Assembly (NCBI RefSeq): GCF_000143415.4
Contig: NW_003314295.1
Coordinates: 1,057,038-1,121,037, forward strand
Length of the DNA stretch: 64,000 bases
Origin: Selaginella moellendorffii
Taxonomy: Eukaryota > Plantae > Lycopodiophyta
Reading direction: 5' to 3'
Numbering within the stretch: position 1 is the first letter of the stretch; the number at the start of each line of letters is the position of its first letter. The notes under the pieces are model-generated. The model searched no databases, was not told the origin of the DNA, and saw only the letters and a program-made list of their open reading frames with translations. This document shows positions 30,401-43,242 of this stretch, one piece after another. A program made the translations under genes and the position numbers.

Positions 30401-31645
30401 TTTTGCTCTCTTCCACCATGCGCATGTACGCTTCTTGGTCATCGGCTCTAAGCGCCTGATATCTCAGCCTTTCAGCGCGTGTGGCCCGCTGCTTTTGTTT
30501 CGCATGCCAGTTCTACAGGAAAAAAAACTGTCAGCAGAGATCTAGTGGAAAATGCAAACAAACGTACAATAATCCCATCATTGCGCTGTTTTTGAAGCTT
30601 CACAATTTGCTGGCCTTGTAGAAGAAACTCCCTACCAAAATTCATAAGCTCGCTAAAGAATTTTCGTTTCCTTGTTTGTATCCTGTCTTGTTCAGCTTGT
30701 TCAAGCCGTCTTTGCCTCTGACACACAAAAAAAAATTTAAAAAAAATAAGGGAAAAAAAGTACTAATAGTAAAATATACCTCGTCTTCTCTTTTCTTCCG
30801 CATTTGCTCGTCTGAACCACTGTAAGCAGAGCCAGTGTATCCACCCAGAAACGATGATAAATGATAGCGCAATCTCATTAGTCCCCAATCTACTAAGTGA
30901 GTTTCCACTCGGTTGCATGTCTGCTTAAGTCGTAGCTCCGTGGCAACCTCGAATCTAACTTTCCTTTGAAGTCCTAGCAGCTATCCAAACAAATCATGAG
31001 GTCCAGCATAAAAAAAAGCAATTGTTTGGGACTTACCTTAAGCGTATTGAGCTCTATCTTAGAACTTGGTTGCATTTCTTCGCTTGACAAGCCTGGGAAG
31101 AAGCACGTAGTAAAAAAAGTCTAAGCCAAAAAAATCTTACTTCCAAGTTCTTTCAGCCGACGCTTGAGCCGGCCGTAGAAACGAGACTCCTCGGACCTTC
31201 GCAGCTGTGCCGCCGAGACGTACTTGGAGTGCTCCAGCGACGACTCGAAATTATGGAGCAGTACCCCTCTCTCCTCCTGCATTCGCAACACCAGTCAAAC
31301 TCTGAGAGCTAGACATCCCCGAAATACCTCCAAATCCAGCAATCCATCCATGCCATCGTGATTCTCCTCTGGCTCCGGCTGATGCTTCTGCAGAGAGAAG
31401 GATCAATCCCGCATCATTTTCCTGCGGACAAGACCTACCTTCTGATCGGCAATCCAGCCCTCACGCAGGCGCGCCACGGATTCCAGCAATGCGCCCGGCA
31501 GCGCCACATCCCTGGCGATCAAACAAAGCGCCCGGAGAAGGAGCTTGAGCTGTCGGCGCTGCTCCAGCGACAACACGAGATCCTCCGGCAGCTCATCGAG
31601 GAATTGATGCGAAATTTGCCCATCGCTGAAAACACCCATGGACAT
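27450..31645 (-). CDS. SWI2/SNF2 chromatin-remodelling ATPase, CHR12/CHR23 (MINU)-like, no bromodomain
   Basis: [75 protein letters not shown], SnAC-like region [11 protein letters not shown], acidic poly-E tail. GC-AG intron at 30073-30125. Confidence 0.93.
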
Positions 31646-31859
31646 AATTTCCTTCCCAGGGAAACAAAAACCCTAGACTAAAATAGGGCATCCGCCCACA
31701 GATAAGCGGAATATGCCCGCCGCCTGATAGAATGTTCCTCTTCCATTTGTACTTACAAGTTCTTGTCTTTGTTAAAAAACTCCCTATAGCAACAAAACTG
31801 CTACACAGCGAATCAATTATATATACGCGCTTCCTCCCCGAGAGTGGTGGTGTTCTTCC

Positions 31860-34800
31860 TCAATCTTGGGAGATAACTTCACCGAATTTCATGAAGAGAT
31901 GGCCACCGGAGTTCGTGCTGCTGGCCGAGAGATTGTCCGCGTGCTTGCTCTCGGCATAGTCGTCGATGTAGCGCCGCTGGTTTGGATTCGACGAGACCGA
32001 TTTCTTGGAGAGTGCCGGCACTGGCGAGAGCGAGAAGAGAACGTTTGCGACGTCGTGCATTGCCGGTCGCTGGGCCGCTTGCTTTTGAGCGCAGAGTAGA
32101 GCCAGCCGGATCATCTTTTGGACGGTGCCAATGTCTTGGCAAGTGTCTTTGATCTCGGCGTCGATCACTTCCATGACGGTGTTGTTGTTTACGTGACTCA
32201 ATACCTGGACACAAGAAAGTAAGAACGTAGTTCTAGCGAGGAAAAGATCACGTACCCATTGATGCAAGTTCCTTTCGTCGTCCACGGCTTTTAATCCGGT
32301 GATGAGCTCCAGGAGGACGATGCCATAGCTATACACGTCCGACTTCTCGTTTAGCCTCGACGTGCGCGCGTACTCGGGGTCGATATACCCTATGGTTCCC
32401 AGGACAAAAGTCGATGTGTGCGTCTTCGTCGGACATATGCTCTTGGCGATTCCAAAGTCTGATATGTGCGCGTCGAAGTTCTCGTCCAGCAAGATGTTTG
32501 AGGACTTGACGTCCCGGTGAATGATCCGCGGACTGCAATCGTGGTGAAGATATGCCAGCCCCTGGGCGGCTCCCAGAGCAATTTTAAGACGTGTATCCCA
32601 GTCCAGCTTTACTTTTCTCACTGGTCCTGTAACACAAGCCTGATGAACAAAGAAGCTTCGAACCGAGAAAGATCTCATACCGTGCAAGACGTCCCACAAA
32701 CTTCCGTTTTCCAAATAGTCGTAAAACAAAAGGTTGCCTGCCGGTGACAACGAGTATCCGTGTAAGCCAACAAGGTTCCGGTGCTTGATATGGCCCAGAG
32801 TTTCCAGCTCCGTTTCAAACTCGTGAATGTTTTGAGGGAAGTGGTTGTACAGCTTCTTGATGGCAACTGTCTTCCCATTCTTGAGCGAGCATTTGTAGAC
32901 AGTACTAGAAGCTCCGCGGCCAATTATGAAGCGTTCGTTAAGATTGTCTGTGATCCTCATAACATCATCGTAGCTGTGGCACGCCATGTCCATGTGAAGA
33001 ACAACAAGGTTGGGCGGACCTGTGTAAAACACGAAACAATATTAAAGACTGACAGTGGCAAAGCTGAAGAATGCGTGCGTACCTTGGCCAGTTTTGCTTG
33101 AACCCTTGGCGAACGGTTTAGAATGATTCAATCTTATGCCCAAGAAAACCAGTAGAAGAACCAAACAGATTGCAGCTATTGCTATACCCATGATTGCCGT
33201 TGCTCCAATAGTATTAGACTGCTTGGAGCGATAACCGCAGACAGTTTTAGTCGAAGTTCCGCATAGTTGTGAGTTACCAATGTAACTGTAAAAGGAGAGA
33301 TGAGGAAACCGCAAGCGAATCATGTCTCAAATACCTGTCGGGCGTGAATTTTGAAAATATTGTGCCCGACGGTACCTCTCCAGAGAGGTTGTTATACGAA
33401 ACATTCCTACAGAAAATTGTCAGTCACACAAAACACTGCTCAATGTCGAGCTTACAGGATGTTGAGACTAAAACAATTCGTAAGTTGAACTGGAATAGCA
33501 CCTGATAACTTGTTGTGTTGCAGAAACCTATCAACATTGGGCAAAAATTAGTTCTATGAAAGCGAGTAACATGGATCCTTACAGAGTATTTAATGTCTGT
33601 AACTGGCCTAACTCTGGGGGTATGTTCCCTAAAAGCTTATTTTGCGAAAGATCCCTGAAGTTGTGTGTTAGCGGCGCGCTAGAAAACAGAAAGCAGCAGA
33701 AATAAATCTTACAGCAAGTCAATACTCCGTAAATTTCCAAACTCCGATGGGATCTTTCCTGAAATATCGTTATTGCGCAAAATCCTGCCATTCGATCGTA
33801 TAAGAAACATCAACTCGCAGAAGTCACACTTACAATGTCAATAGATGTTCTAGGTCACCAACAGAGCTTGGAATGGATCCACTGATATAGTTATCAGACA
33901 CGTCCAAAGTATCCAGATTTACTATGTGACCAAAGTCGTCAGGAATACTGCCGCTGAAGAGATTTGACGATAAATTCCTGCGACAACGATAAATTATAGT
34001 CAAACCACGCAGCACGGAATAAACCACTTACAGATAGGTCAGGCTATCAAGCTTCTTCAGTTGCGGTGGAATGCTCCCATTTAGTCGGTTTCCGTGCACA
34101 TTGCTGGCAATACGAAAGAATTAGCGACTCGAGCCCCAATACAGACGACTTACAGATAGTTCAGAGCATTGCAAGAGCTTATGTTTTCAGGAATACGCCC
34201 ATACAGCTGATTGTTAGCCAGGTTCCTGCTGCAAACTATTAACACAAGCAATACAACCGAAAAAAGACGTACAACTCAAATAGCTCGCTTAAAGATCCAA
34301 GCTCAGATGGAATTTCTCCAGTCAGTTGATTATCATTGAGTTGCCTGCATTGTAAAGCAGATCGCTAATCAATCGTAACACAAATATTCGTAAACTTACA
34401 AGTAGCTTAACTTCGTCATGTTACCAAGCTCGGGAGGAATAGTTCCGGTAAGTAAGTTACCGTGCAAATACCTGGCGTTTCCTTAAACTTAGTTCAACGC
34501 CTTGACAGCAAGTTCAAGTACATACAATTTACCCGTATACGTCAAATTTCCCAAAAGAGGGGGTATGTCACCAACTAGACGATTATCGCTCAAATCCCTA
34601 TAAAGCATCAAGATTGTTAACTACAACTAGCCAAATAAATTGAATTTACTTACAATACCGCAAGGGCCTGCATAAGCCCAATCACTTCAGGTATTTTTCC
34701 TGAAAACTGGTTGCCTTGAAGTGATCTGATACAAAACATTAAAACATTCAGGAAAACGAGACGAATAAACCTACAGGGTGGCCACTTGCAAAAAGCCAAT

Positions 34801-36135
34801 GTTGTATGGTATTTCTCCATTCAGGCGATTATATGCTAGATCTCTGCACCAAAACCCATGTCACGTGAATGAGAACGCCGAATGAATGTAAAGATTACAT
34901 ACAAGATTTCAAAACTTGTGCAATTGCCTATGTTATCAGGAATAATCCCAGAGATATTGTTGCTGCGCACATCACTGAGAGGCAACCTTCCCGTAAGTCC
35001 GTGACGAAAATCAATGACAGAAACTTACAAGTACCAAAGCCCGGTCAAACGGCACATATCAGAAGACAGCGTTCCGCTGAGAGAATTGTCTCTGAGCCCC
35101 CTGTTCCAAATGATAGACATAAAATCATTCCTATGAAAAAATGAGACTTACAGGTACTGTAACACCTCGCTCCAATACAAGAGCGTGGGTATCTCTCCAG
35201 TGAGCTGATTTTGAGCAAGATCCCTGTCCGTCAGAGCAATAAGATTAGCACAAGCATTCACCAGAACAGCCTCAAACTCACAGCGTCTTCAGATTCGGCA
35301 GCTGAGAGAGGGTCGATGGAATGGGTCCCGTGAGCTGATTGCTCTTGAGAATCCTGCACCCACATGAACGCATGAGACAGATATTTTCGGAGACAATCGG
35401 CCATATACGCACAGAGTTTCAAGCTGTTTGAGCTGCGATACTGAAAAGGGGATATCTCCGACCAATGCATTGAAGGATAAATCTCTGAGAAACAGCGTCA
35501 GACCCAGCAAATCTTGAGAACAATACAGGCTCACATGTATTTTAGAACAGCACAGTCGCCTATTTCATCAGGAACCTGACCACCAATGCTGTTCTCTCGC
35601 AAATCCCTGCCAGACATACGCATTAGACTCCAAGCTCCACGAAAACAGCTCCATTCAAGCTTACAGATACTGAAGACTTTTCAACTTTCCTACCGATGGA
35701 GATATCACTCCGGAAAGGCTCAACTGGGTGAGATTCCTGCACAAAACAAATCAGATGTGCGCAATGTACATGAAGCGTGAAGCAAAAAACACATACAGCC
35801 CAGTAACGGAAAGTGTCACGTTGTCACATGTAACTCCCCTCCAAAAGCAAGGATCGTGATCAGCGGAACCATCCCAATCGTAAAGAGCATTGCCGGCATT
35901 ACTGAACGACTTCTTGATCTCGAGCAAAACCGCGCCTGGGAACGGAGCAACAAACAACTTAGAACGCCCAACGTAGACCGAGGATCCAGAAACCAAGAAA
36001 AAGGAGCAGCAGAGAAAAGAAATCACAGAAACAGATACTCTACTCACCGTCGTTGGAGAGCGCAGCAGCCTCCTGAGCTACACCAGCCCAGAAAAGCAGC
36101 AAGCCCACAAGCAGAAAGAACGAACGTAGAGCCAT
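31860..36135 (-). CDS. ERECTA-like: ERECTA-family LRR receptor-like kinase (about 25 exons, mostly one LRR per exon)
   Basis: Signal peptide MALRSFFLLVG..., CFWRGVTCDNVT cap, about 20 LRRs in ~72-nt exons, TM segment, PPNLVVLHMDMACHSYDDVMRIT juxtamembrane, GASSTVYKC, HRDVKSSNILLD, C-terminal LFMKFGEVISQ. Confidence 0.95.
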
Positions 36136-38040
36136 ATCAAATAGCTTGAGAACCTCGAGCGAGAAGGAGCGCGAGAGCTCGAGGCTAGCTGCTACGCTTC
36201 CACAGAGATCAGACCGAATGACGCTCGGTCATTGTACACCCCTGCATTGGTTCCCCCGAGCCCACACTGCTAACATCCCGGCGTAGAAATTTGCAGCCGC
36301 CCTCTACAAGCTAGCTCCTCCTTTCCAAGCCACCATGGCGAGCCCTGCGTTTACACCTCCCTTCCCTGGCAAAAGTCCAGAAAATATATCCCTTTCCTCT
36401 TGGCTAAACCCCTGTCCCTCAATCAAGGCGGCAAAACCCCTCCACTGCCGCTGCCAAGAACCTGCATTCCTGTGTTGTGCTGCTGTGCGGCCCCTCAAAA
36501 AAGGCAAGCAGCGGCTGTTGAGTCACTTCCCTCCCATTCACTGCTCCAAATCGCTGGAAAAGAAAGACCCCCACCTCTCTCTCACCTCCTTGTCCCTAGC
36601 GCGAACCAGAAGGCTGCCAAGAACTGGGGGCAATCGATTTCAAACCAAAATTATTCAAGCGCAGCACCTCCCAGTTCCCCAGTTGGAGCAGCGGCAGCGC
36701 CAGCGGCAGCGCCGGCAGCCATCGCCATCAGTGATCAGACTGGAGCACGCAAAAACTGGAACATTAGCAAGCACAACACCGATCCGTGTCAATTCCGACG
36801 CCGCGCCCCACGCCAGGCCGATATTATGCCCATGAAAGCTCCACCGCAGCAGAAATCCGTCCTTGGATGAGAGCGAGCTGGATCCGATCCTCCAAAATAT
36901 TCCAAGAAACCAGGAGCGGGGGAAGGATCGGTCGATCGATCGCGCTGCTGCCGCTGCCGCTGCCGCCGCGGAGCCGATCGACACCCCGCAATGCAATCTC
37001 TTGGCGCCGGAGAAGTGATCTCTCGCTAGAACCTAAATGCCGAGGAGGAACAAGAGACGCATTTTGGCAGGGATCGATAATCCGCCCCGGCGGGCTCTTG
37101 ATTGCAAGAATTCACTTTACTCCGTTTTACCTGACGGGTAAAAGCTTTCTACCACCCCGTCCATACACGCTCTCCCACATGGGGCGACGATAAGGACGTA
37201 TGTCCTCACCCCAAAAACTCCCCGCCCAGCAGCAGCAGAGCGATAAGGACATATGTCCTTGGCGCGCTTCTGGGCGCTAAGGACGGGTGTCCTTGACGCA
37301 AGGACACAATCCTTAGCTCCCCGGCGGCTGCTTCGCTTTGGGCCGCGCGCTGGAAAGGCGAAATAGGCGAAATAGCAAATAAACCCTAAAGCGATCATGG
37401 AATCATTTGTTGGGATCCTGAGTTTGAAAATGTTGAAAGAGGGACGTAGCATCGCCGCTGATCACTCACTCAAGCATATAGACTATATGGTTTGCTGTAG
37501 GAGAACATGGTATGGTATTTTTATATCACTGCAATCATGCCAACCATTTATGATCGGTGGTGGTGCAAAATATGAGAAGCAAATATTTGATACCCTAAAA
37601 TGGTGTGGCTGGTCACATCTTTTGCATGGCTCTTAATCAAAATGGCATACGAGTTCGTTAGGGCCACACGCACAAAGCCACCCTTATTAAAGCCCCAGTG
37701 AAAACGCCTCCCTGCACCCTTCCAGAGGCCGTACGGGGCAGGGCATCATGTAGGAGTCAAAGGCATAGCAGGTGACCGGTACCTGCCGGTGGCGGTACCG
37801 AGTGGTGTGATTTTGCTAGTGAGTGTGTGTGTATGTGTGTATCTAGCTCCCTAATGAGAGTAACAAGGACCCACTTGGCTTAAGGACGATTCCTCCGGAA
37901 AATTCGTATTCGTGGGTGTAGTAACTCTAACCCGCCCACCCCGCGATAAAAATCATAGAAAATGACTCCATCGCATTACCTCTCTGTGATTCTCTCCTTC
38001 AAGGCCACTAACATTCGTTTCGCGCCATCATTCAAATCGG

Positions 38041-38231
38041 GAATATTCCGTCGCAACGGGCGGAGCCGGTCGCCTGACGTCACAGCAGGCCGTCGCGGAA
38101 CCCGTGGGCCAAGACGTTATGCTGCTTAAGACGAATTATGCGACTCACACGTGCCGGTTTAATCATAAAAATCTCGTATGAGGTAGTACGGCGCTGCCGG
38201 AATATTCCTGACCGAACGTGTCGGTATATTC
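38041..38231. promoter_or_regulatory. Three P1BS (GNATATNC) elements
   Basis: GAATATTC at 38041-38048 and 38200-38207, GTATATTC at 38224-38231. Confidence 0.5.
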
Positions 38232-39701
38232 AGGCTAAATTTTCTGCGTACGGGGATTTTATGTGTTAATAATGCACATGGCACAAGTGTATAGAAGTTA
38301 ACATCTCACCAGTAAGTTGTTGTGCGATTACATTTTCTTTGTACGGAACTGTAGCTCGGGCGAACTTCCGTATGATCCTGGGTGAATTAAGTTGTCCTTG
38401 GGTTTTTCTATTGCCGTTGTTGGTAGAGCAGTGTTTTGTGTCTTTGGCTCACTGCCTCGAAGGTCTAAAAGCTTTTATAATAACCAGAGAGAGCCCCACC
38501 ACCATTTGGCGAGCTCGATCCCGCCTATAAACAAAGACCTGAGAATCCAATCTCCCAATCTCCCAGCTCTCGAGGCGAACAATCATTTGTTATGACACGT
38601 CCCAGTTGGATCGGGAGAAAACTTTGGATCGATGCAAATTCCGGAATGAGGGGATGTGCCATTTACCTCCCTCCCCCCCCCCTTTCCCTCTCTCTCTCAC
38701 CCTTTGTTCCCTCAACAAGCAATTGACTTATAACCTAGTTTACTTCTTGTCCCTGTTGCAATGCAAACAAAAGGTAAAAAAACTTTCACCTTTGCTCCCC
38801 CTCGTTGCCGGGAAATCATTTTCTTTGCAGCTCGCGGAACTGGCTTGCATGTTCCACCAGGCAAGAAAAACTATATCACCCTTTTGTGGCTGTCGTAACT
38901 TAAGATCACTCTCTGCAGGGACTAAAATAACCACGGTGGTACAAGCACTTTTGTAGTTTTCTCCCCTAGAATAATTTGTTAGTGCCGCTAAAGCAAAGTA
39001 TGGTAATCATACATAGGCCAGGCCCAAAAGAGTGCAAGATGTCAATCGGCCTGCATTTGTTTTTGCGGCCTGTAACATGCGGCGCATTGCCGCAAAATAA
39101 TTCTCATATAACTCAAGAGTATTCAACTCCATAGCATAATTCTCGGCTACCTCTAAATAAAAGGGAACATATTTTTAACAGCACCACCATTATTGTTATT
39201 TAGAAAAGGTTGGAATCAAAGTTTATTATCGAGAGGTACAAGCACTGGGGTGGCTTATTGCAATGCAGCTAAAGCGAAGTAGACGTAAGGAGTTGTTTTT
39301 TTGGTGGCGGAACATGCCCCCCCCCCTCCCGCACAGCCCAGCGAAGCGAGGGGAGCTTTTATGCCAAGTGAGAAGATGCAACGTATATCTGCTGGAGGGG
39401 GGCATGGCAATTCGCTCTAGCTGGCCAACGAGATTATCAATGCGTAGTCCGTTATATACGAGCTGGAGCATACAAAACGTTAGAGAGAAAAAAAAAGGAG
39501 ATAGAAGAGGACCACGAAAGTCGTTAGAACTGTCTTTGTTTTCCTGGTGAAAGTTATCTCGCATCTGCAGAGAACGAAGATCTTCTCTTATCTCTCAGCT
39601 CTACGCGGAGGGACAAAGTCTTTGCGATACTTACAGGCGCTTCGAAAGATAAAAAGAGTTCCGGATGGAGCTTATTAGAGTTGTTTTTGCCAGAATCTAG
39701 C

Positions 39702-40552
39702 TTAGACTGGTTGGAGCCCGGCTCTGGCTGCTGCTTCTGACCAGGCGCGACTGGTCGCCTGATTGAACAAGACGAAATCGATCTGAGAAGCAGCAGCATC
39801 ACAAGTCAGCGGTGGAAGAGCGGCCGAGAGCACGTAATGACTTGCCTCGGAGAATCCGTGCGCCTCCTCCTGGATGGTTTCCAGAGCGATTTGCGCGGCT
39901 TTGGCGAGCGGGAATCTGGAGCCAAAGTTTAGCGCATAATGAAACTCCAGTCTACAGCAAAGCAGCTCTTTGTTACCCGTTGATCCCGCAGGACAGCGCT
40001 GGGAAGGCTGTGAACTTGATGCCTTGGCTTCGTGCGACTTCGAGCGAGTTCCTGCGACGTATCAGCGTGAAAATGAGAAGCGAGAGAAAAAGCTCCAGAG
40101 TGCTATATACTTGTAAGCGTTCTTGAGAGTCTCGACGCTTTTGCGAGCCTGTTCTTCGCTGAAGGTTTTCTTGTACGCTACACCCACAGTGTGGATGATC
40201 TTGCTCACACGGAGACTAAAGCCACTGGAAAATAACCACACAATCGATTTGTACATGAAAAACTTGCTTACGGTGTTCTCCTGGAGGACAATTGGGGAGT
40301 TCTCGGCAGTGATCCAGTAGCTCCTTGCCAGCAGCACGATGGATTGCTACTCCCGAAAGAAAGAATTTTAAAATTGCCAAGAGAGTTTTTCCCACCTCCG
40401 TCGACGCCACCGCCTCCCAGTAACCATTCGTGCGCGGTGTTGACGATCGCATCGCTCTTGCCGTCGGCAATGTCGCCCTCGCGCAGCACCAGCTTGCAGG
40501 AATCGCCAAGGTTGTAGCTCTTGCCCCGCTTCTCTTGCGAGCCCTTGCCCAT
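39702..40552 (-). pseudogene. Macrodomain (MacroD/YmdB-type) gene, degenerate; frameshifted unless a cryptic GC donor is used
   Basis: GDI..[46 protein letters not shown]. Exon 2/3 phases disagree with the GT donor at 40271. Small deletions relative to the family consensus. Confidence 0.7.
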
Positions 40553-40923
40553 TTCCCGCCACAAAACCTAAACCCTAAAACCAAGTATATTCTTGAAAAT
40601 ATCCCCATCCTAGAACAGCTTACTTAAAAAACAAAATGTCTAGCTTTAAAAGAATTAGCACCTCCAACTTCTACAACGATTTCAAAACTTTTGGAGCAAA
40701 ACCCAGTTTCACATTGTACAAGCACTCGAGCTAAAGCGAGCTTGCCGCAACATGTACACTCGGAAGATCGGTTTTGAGCATCTGTATTCCTCATTCTCTA
40801 GCTGGCCGGCAAAGAACACTGGTAAGGTTCACTCCCAAAAGGAAAACGCAAAGAAAAGAATGTCGTACCTCTAAAGTCAGCGCATGCTACACGAATATCT
40901 GCCGCTGGAGGACACGAGTCCCG

Positions 40924-42300
40924 TCACAAAAACGTTGCGCCGCTGTGGAGCAAGTTGTGAGCGATCGCATCTCGGGCCTGGACGGCGGCCGGATCGCTGC
41001 TGCTACTGTCCGGGAACATCAAGTCGTCCACGGCCTCGTACGCCAGCTCCTCGTCAAACCCCTCGTTGTGGTGCTCGCAAACGTTGTGGAGCACGCTGCA
41101 TGCCCCCAGCACCGCCGGGAGCTCCTGGAGCTTCACCTCGGTCCGCTTTTGCAAGAACTTCCAGCGTCCCTTGAGCCGTCCAAACGCGTCCCTGGCGATC
41201 TTGAGCACCTCGGACAGCTTCTCGTTGAAAGCGTGGTGAGCCCAGCCGAGGTTGTGCTGCGTGTAAGGCACCAAGAGCCAGCTGAGTAGCGGATACCCAG
41301 GCCCTCCGGAGACCCAAACTCCGTTTAGCAGGCCATCCGCCGCTCGCTGCGCGAGGTTGGACTTCTCCAGGATCCTCTCGTCCGACATGGAACCCGGCCA
41401 GCCGATGGAGAGGTCCGTGAAAATCCCGTGGATGTCCACCACCCCTTGCAGGGTGATCGAGTAGGACGTCTTCTGGTTCCTGTCCGTGTGCCGCTTGTTG
41501 AAGTAGGCCGCGACGTTCATCTTTGGAGCGATGATCGGGATGTGCGTCGTGTACATGGCCCCGACCAGGTTTGGAATCCCGGAGATGGCCTCGAACTCCT
41601 CCATCACCGCCTGGAGGCGCTCCTCGGTCGGCCACTGGACGTACTTGGACAGAAGAACGTCGTTGATAGCAGCGCAAACTTCGAGGACCAGCTTGTGACA
41701 AGTTGATATCCCGAGTCCGAATCGCTTGGAGACGAGCCTCAGCGGCTCTCCGGTGGCGAGCCGCCAGATACAAACCGCTACTCGTTGTCTCACCGGGATG
41801 GCCTGGCGGAGCATCGTGTCCTCCTTGGCCACCGCCAGGCCGAGCTGGTCACAGATGATGTTAAACGTGCTCTTGCTCATCCGAAACGCGCGGTGGAACT
41901 CGGCCTCGGGAAAGCTCGGGTGATTGCAGCGCTCCCACCACGCCTGCGAGCGTGATTTCACCCACAGCCGGCGGTGGACGCTCTGCTGCGTCGCGATGGC
42001 GGCACCAACAGCGGCCACCGCCAGCCGGCTCCGCTTCAAACGCAGCCTCTCGAGCTCGTCAAGCTCGGCGTACTCCTCCTGTAGATGTCGGTGGTAATCC
42101 AGCATCAACTCCACGCGTCTCTTGTGCTCCTCTTCGATTCTCTGCCATTCCAGCCGGGACCGCCTCTCAAACTCCTCCTCTTCTTGCTGCTGCTGCTCGC
42201 TGTAGACAACCAGGAAGAGCAGCATCTTGAGAAGCTCGCTTCGTCTCGGGTTCCAAGGTCTCTTCCTGATAGTTACCTCCAAACCTCCGGAGCCGCTCAT
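40924..42300 (-). CDS. HARBI1/ALP1-like domesticated Harbinger transposase (At5g12010/At4g29780-like), DDE residues replaced
   Basis: FRMSKSTF, VAVCIWRLATGEPLRLVSKRFGLGISTCHK, GAMYTTHIPI, GWPGSMSD, AFGRLKGRW, LHNVCE. Single exon; no TIRs seen. Confidence 0.9.
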   Translation of the reverse strand: MSGSGGLEVTIRKRPWNPRRSELLKMLLFLVVYSEQQQQEEEEFERRSRLEWQRIEEEHKRRVELMLDYHRHLQEEYAELDELERLRLKRSRLAVAAVGAAIATQQSVHRRLWVKSRSQAWWERCNHPSFPEAEFHRAFRMSKSTFNIICDQLGLAVAKEDTMLRQAIPVRQRVAVCIWRLATGEPLRLVSKRFGLGISTCHKLVLEVCAAINDVLLSKYVQWPTEERLQAVMEEFEAISGIPNLVGAMYTTHIPIIAPKMNVAAYFNKRHTDRNQKTSYSITLQGVVDIHGIFTDLSIGWPGSMSDERILEKSNLAQRAADGLLNGVWVSGGPGYPLLSWLLVPYTQHNLGWAHHAFNEKLSEVLKIARDAFGRLKGRWKFLQKRTEVKLQELPAVLGACSVLHNVCEHHNEGFDEELAYEAVDDLMFPDSSSSDPAAVQARDAIAHNLLHSGATFL

Positions 42301-43242
42301 TGAGCGTCCTCCTAGAGAAAATCTCTTCCAGATTCACTAATCTGCTTGTCGATGGCGAGGAGAAAAAACACCGCTCGCCAACATTCTTCTTCTTCTTCTT
42401 CTTTGTGTTGTTCGTCTTCTTCCACCTAGACTCTGTGTCTCGACATACTTCTATTCTTCCGCGTGTTTACGCTCTCCGACCACCTATGATAAATCCTGTA
42501 TTAAATCTAAAATCCTTGCAAGAACTCTTCCAGCTTCGGCTGCTACTTCTAATCCTGGTGATCTTGCTGATTTCTACCGACAAAAAATCCTTCCACGTGA
42601 ATTCGCAAAACTTTGTTTTTTCTCCGACCATCTATCATCTGCTTCACACCTGTGCCTGGAAAAAACCTCATTTCTAGAAGAATTGGCCCGGCTCTTCCCT
42701 ACACTGTAGCTTCGTCGGCGTCAACCAGTTAGTCCACACGCATCCTCTATCAATGCGGCACCCCTGTCCGGACGCGACGGCCGCTAAACCCTATTACGCG
42801 CTTTCCCTCCTTCCCCGAAAGAAATCCCTGTCGATCGATCGAATGTGCTGCGTAAATCCATCATGCGCAGACCCCCACACTGCACTCGCCCTCGCTCGGG
42901 CAGCGCGCGCCAGGAGAAATCCCTGCCTGCCAGGCGCGACGAAGAGGAGGAAAGCGAAAACTCACACATTCTCCCGATCGCACCTCAGCGTCGGATCAGA
43001 TAGCGCACGGAATTCCACTCCCCCCGCCGCCATCAATGCGCGCCGCCGCCGCCGGGAGCGAGGCCGGGCGGCCCTCCTCCCGCCATTCCGCCATATCGCT
43101 CGCTCCGACAAGGAGTGGTTTAGCGCCGGGGGGGAATCGAACACGCGATGGGGTGGACGGCGGACGCGCAGGGGAATCGAACACCCGACGTAACGCATGC
43201 TAGAAAACCTTCATTCAATGTTTAAAAGAAATTCCAATCAAG

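Noticed and set aside
39400-39430. ggcaattcgctctagctggcca as an IPS1-like miR399 target mimic
   Set aside because: Too many mismatches to the miR399 complement.
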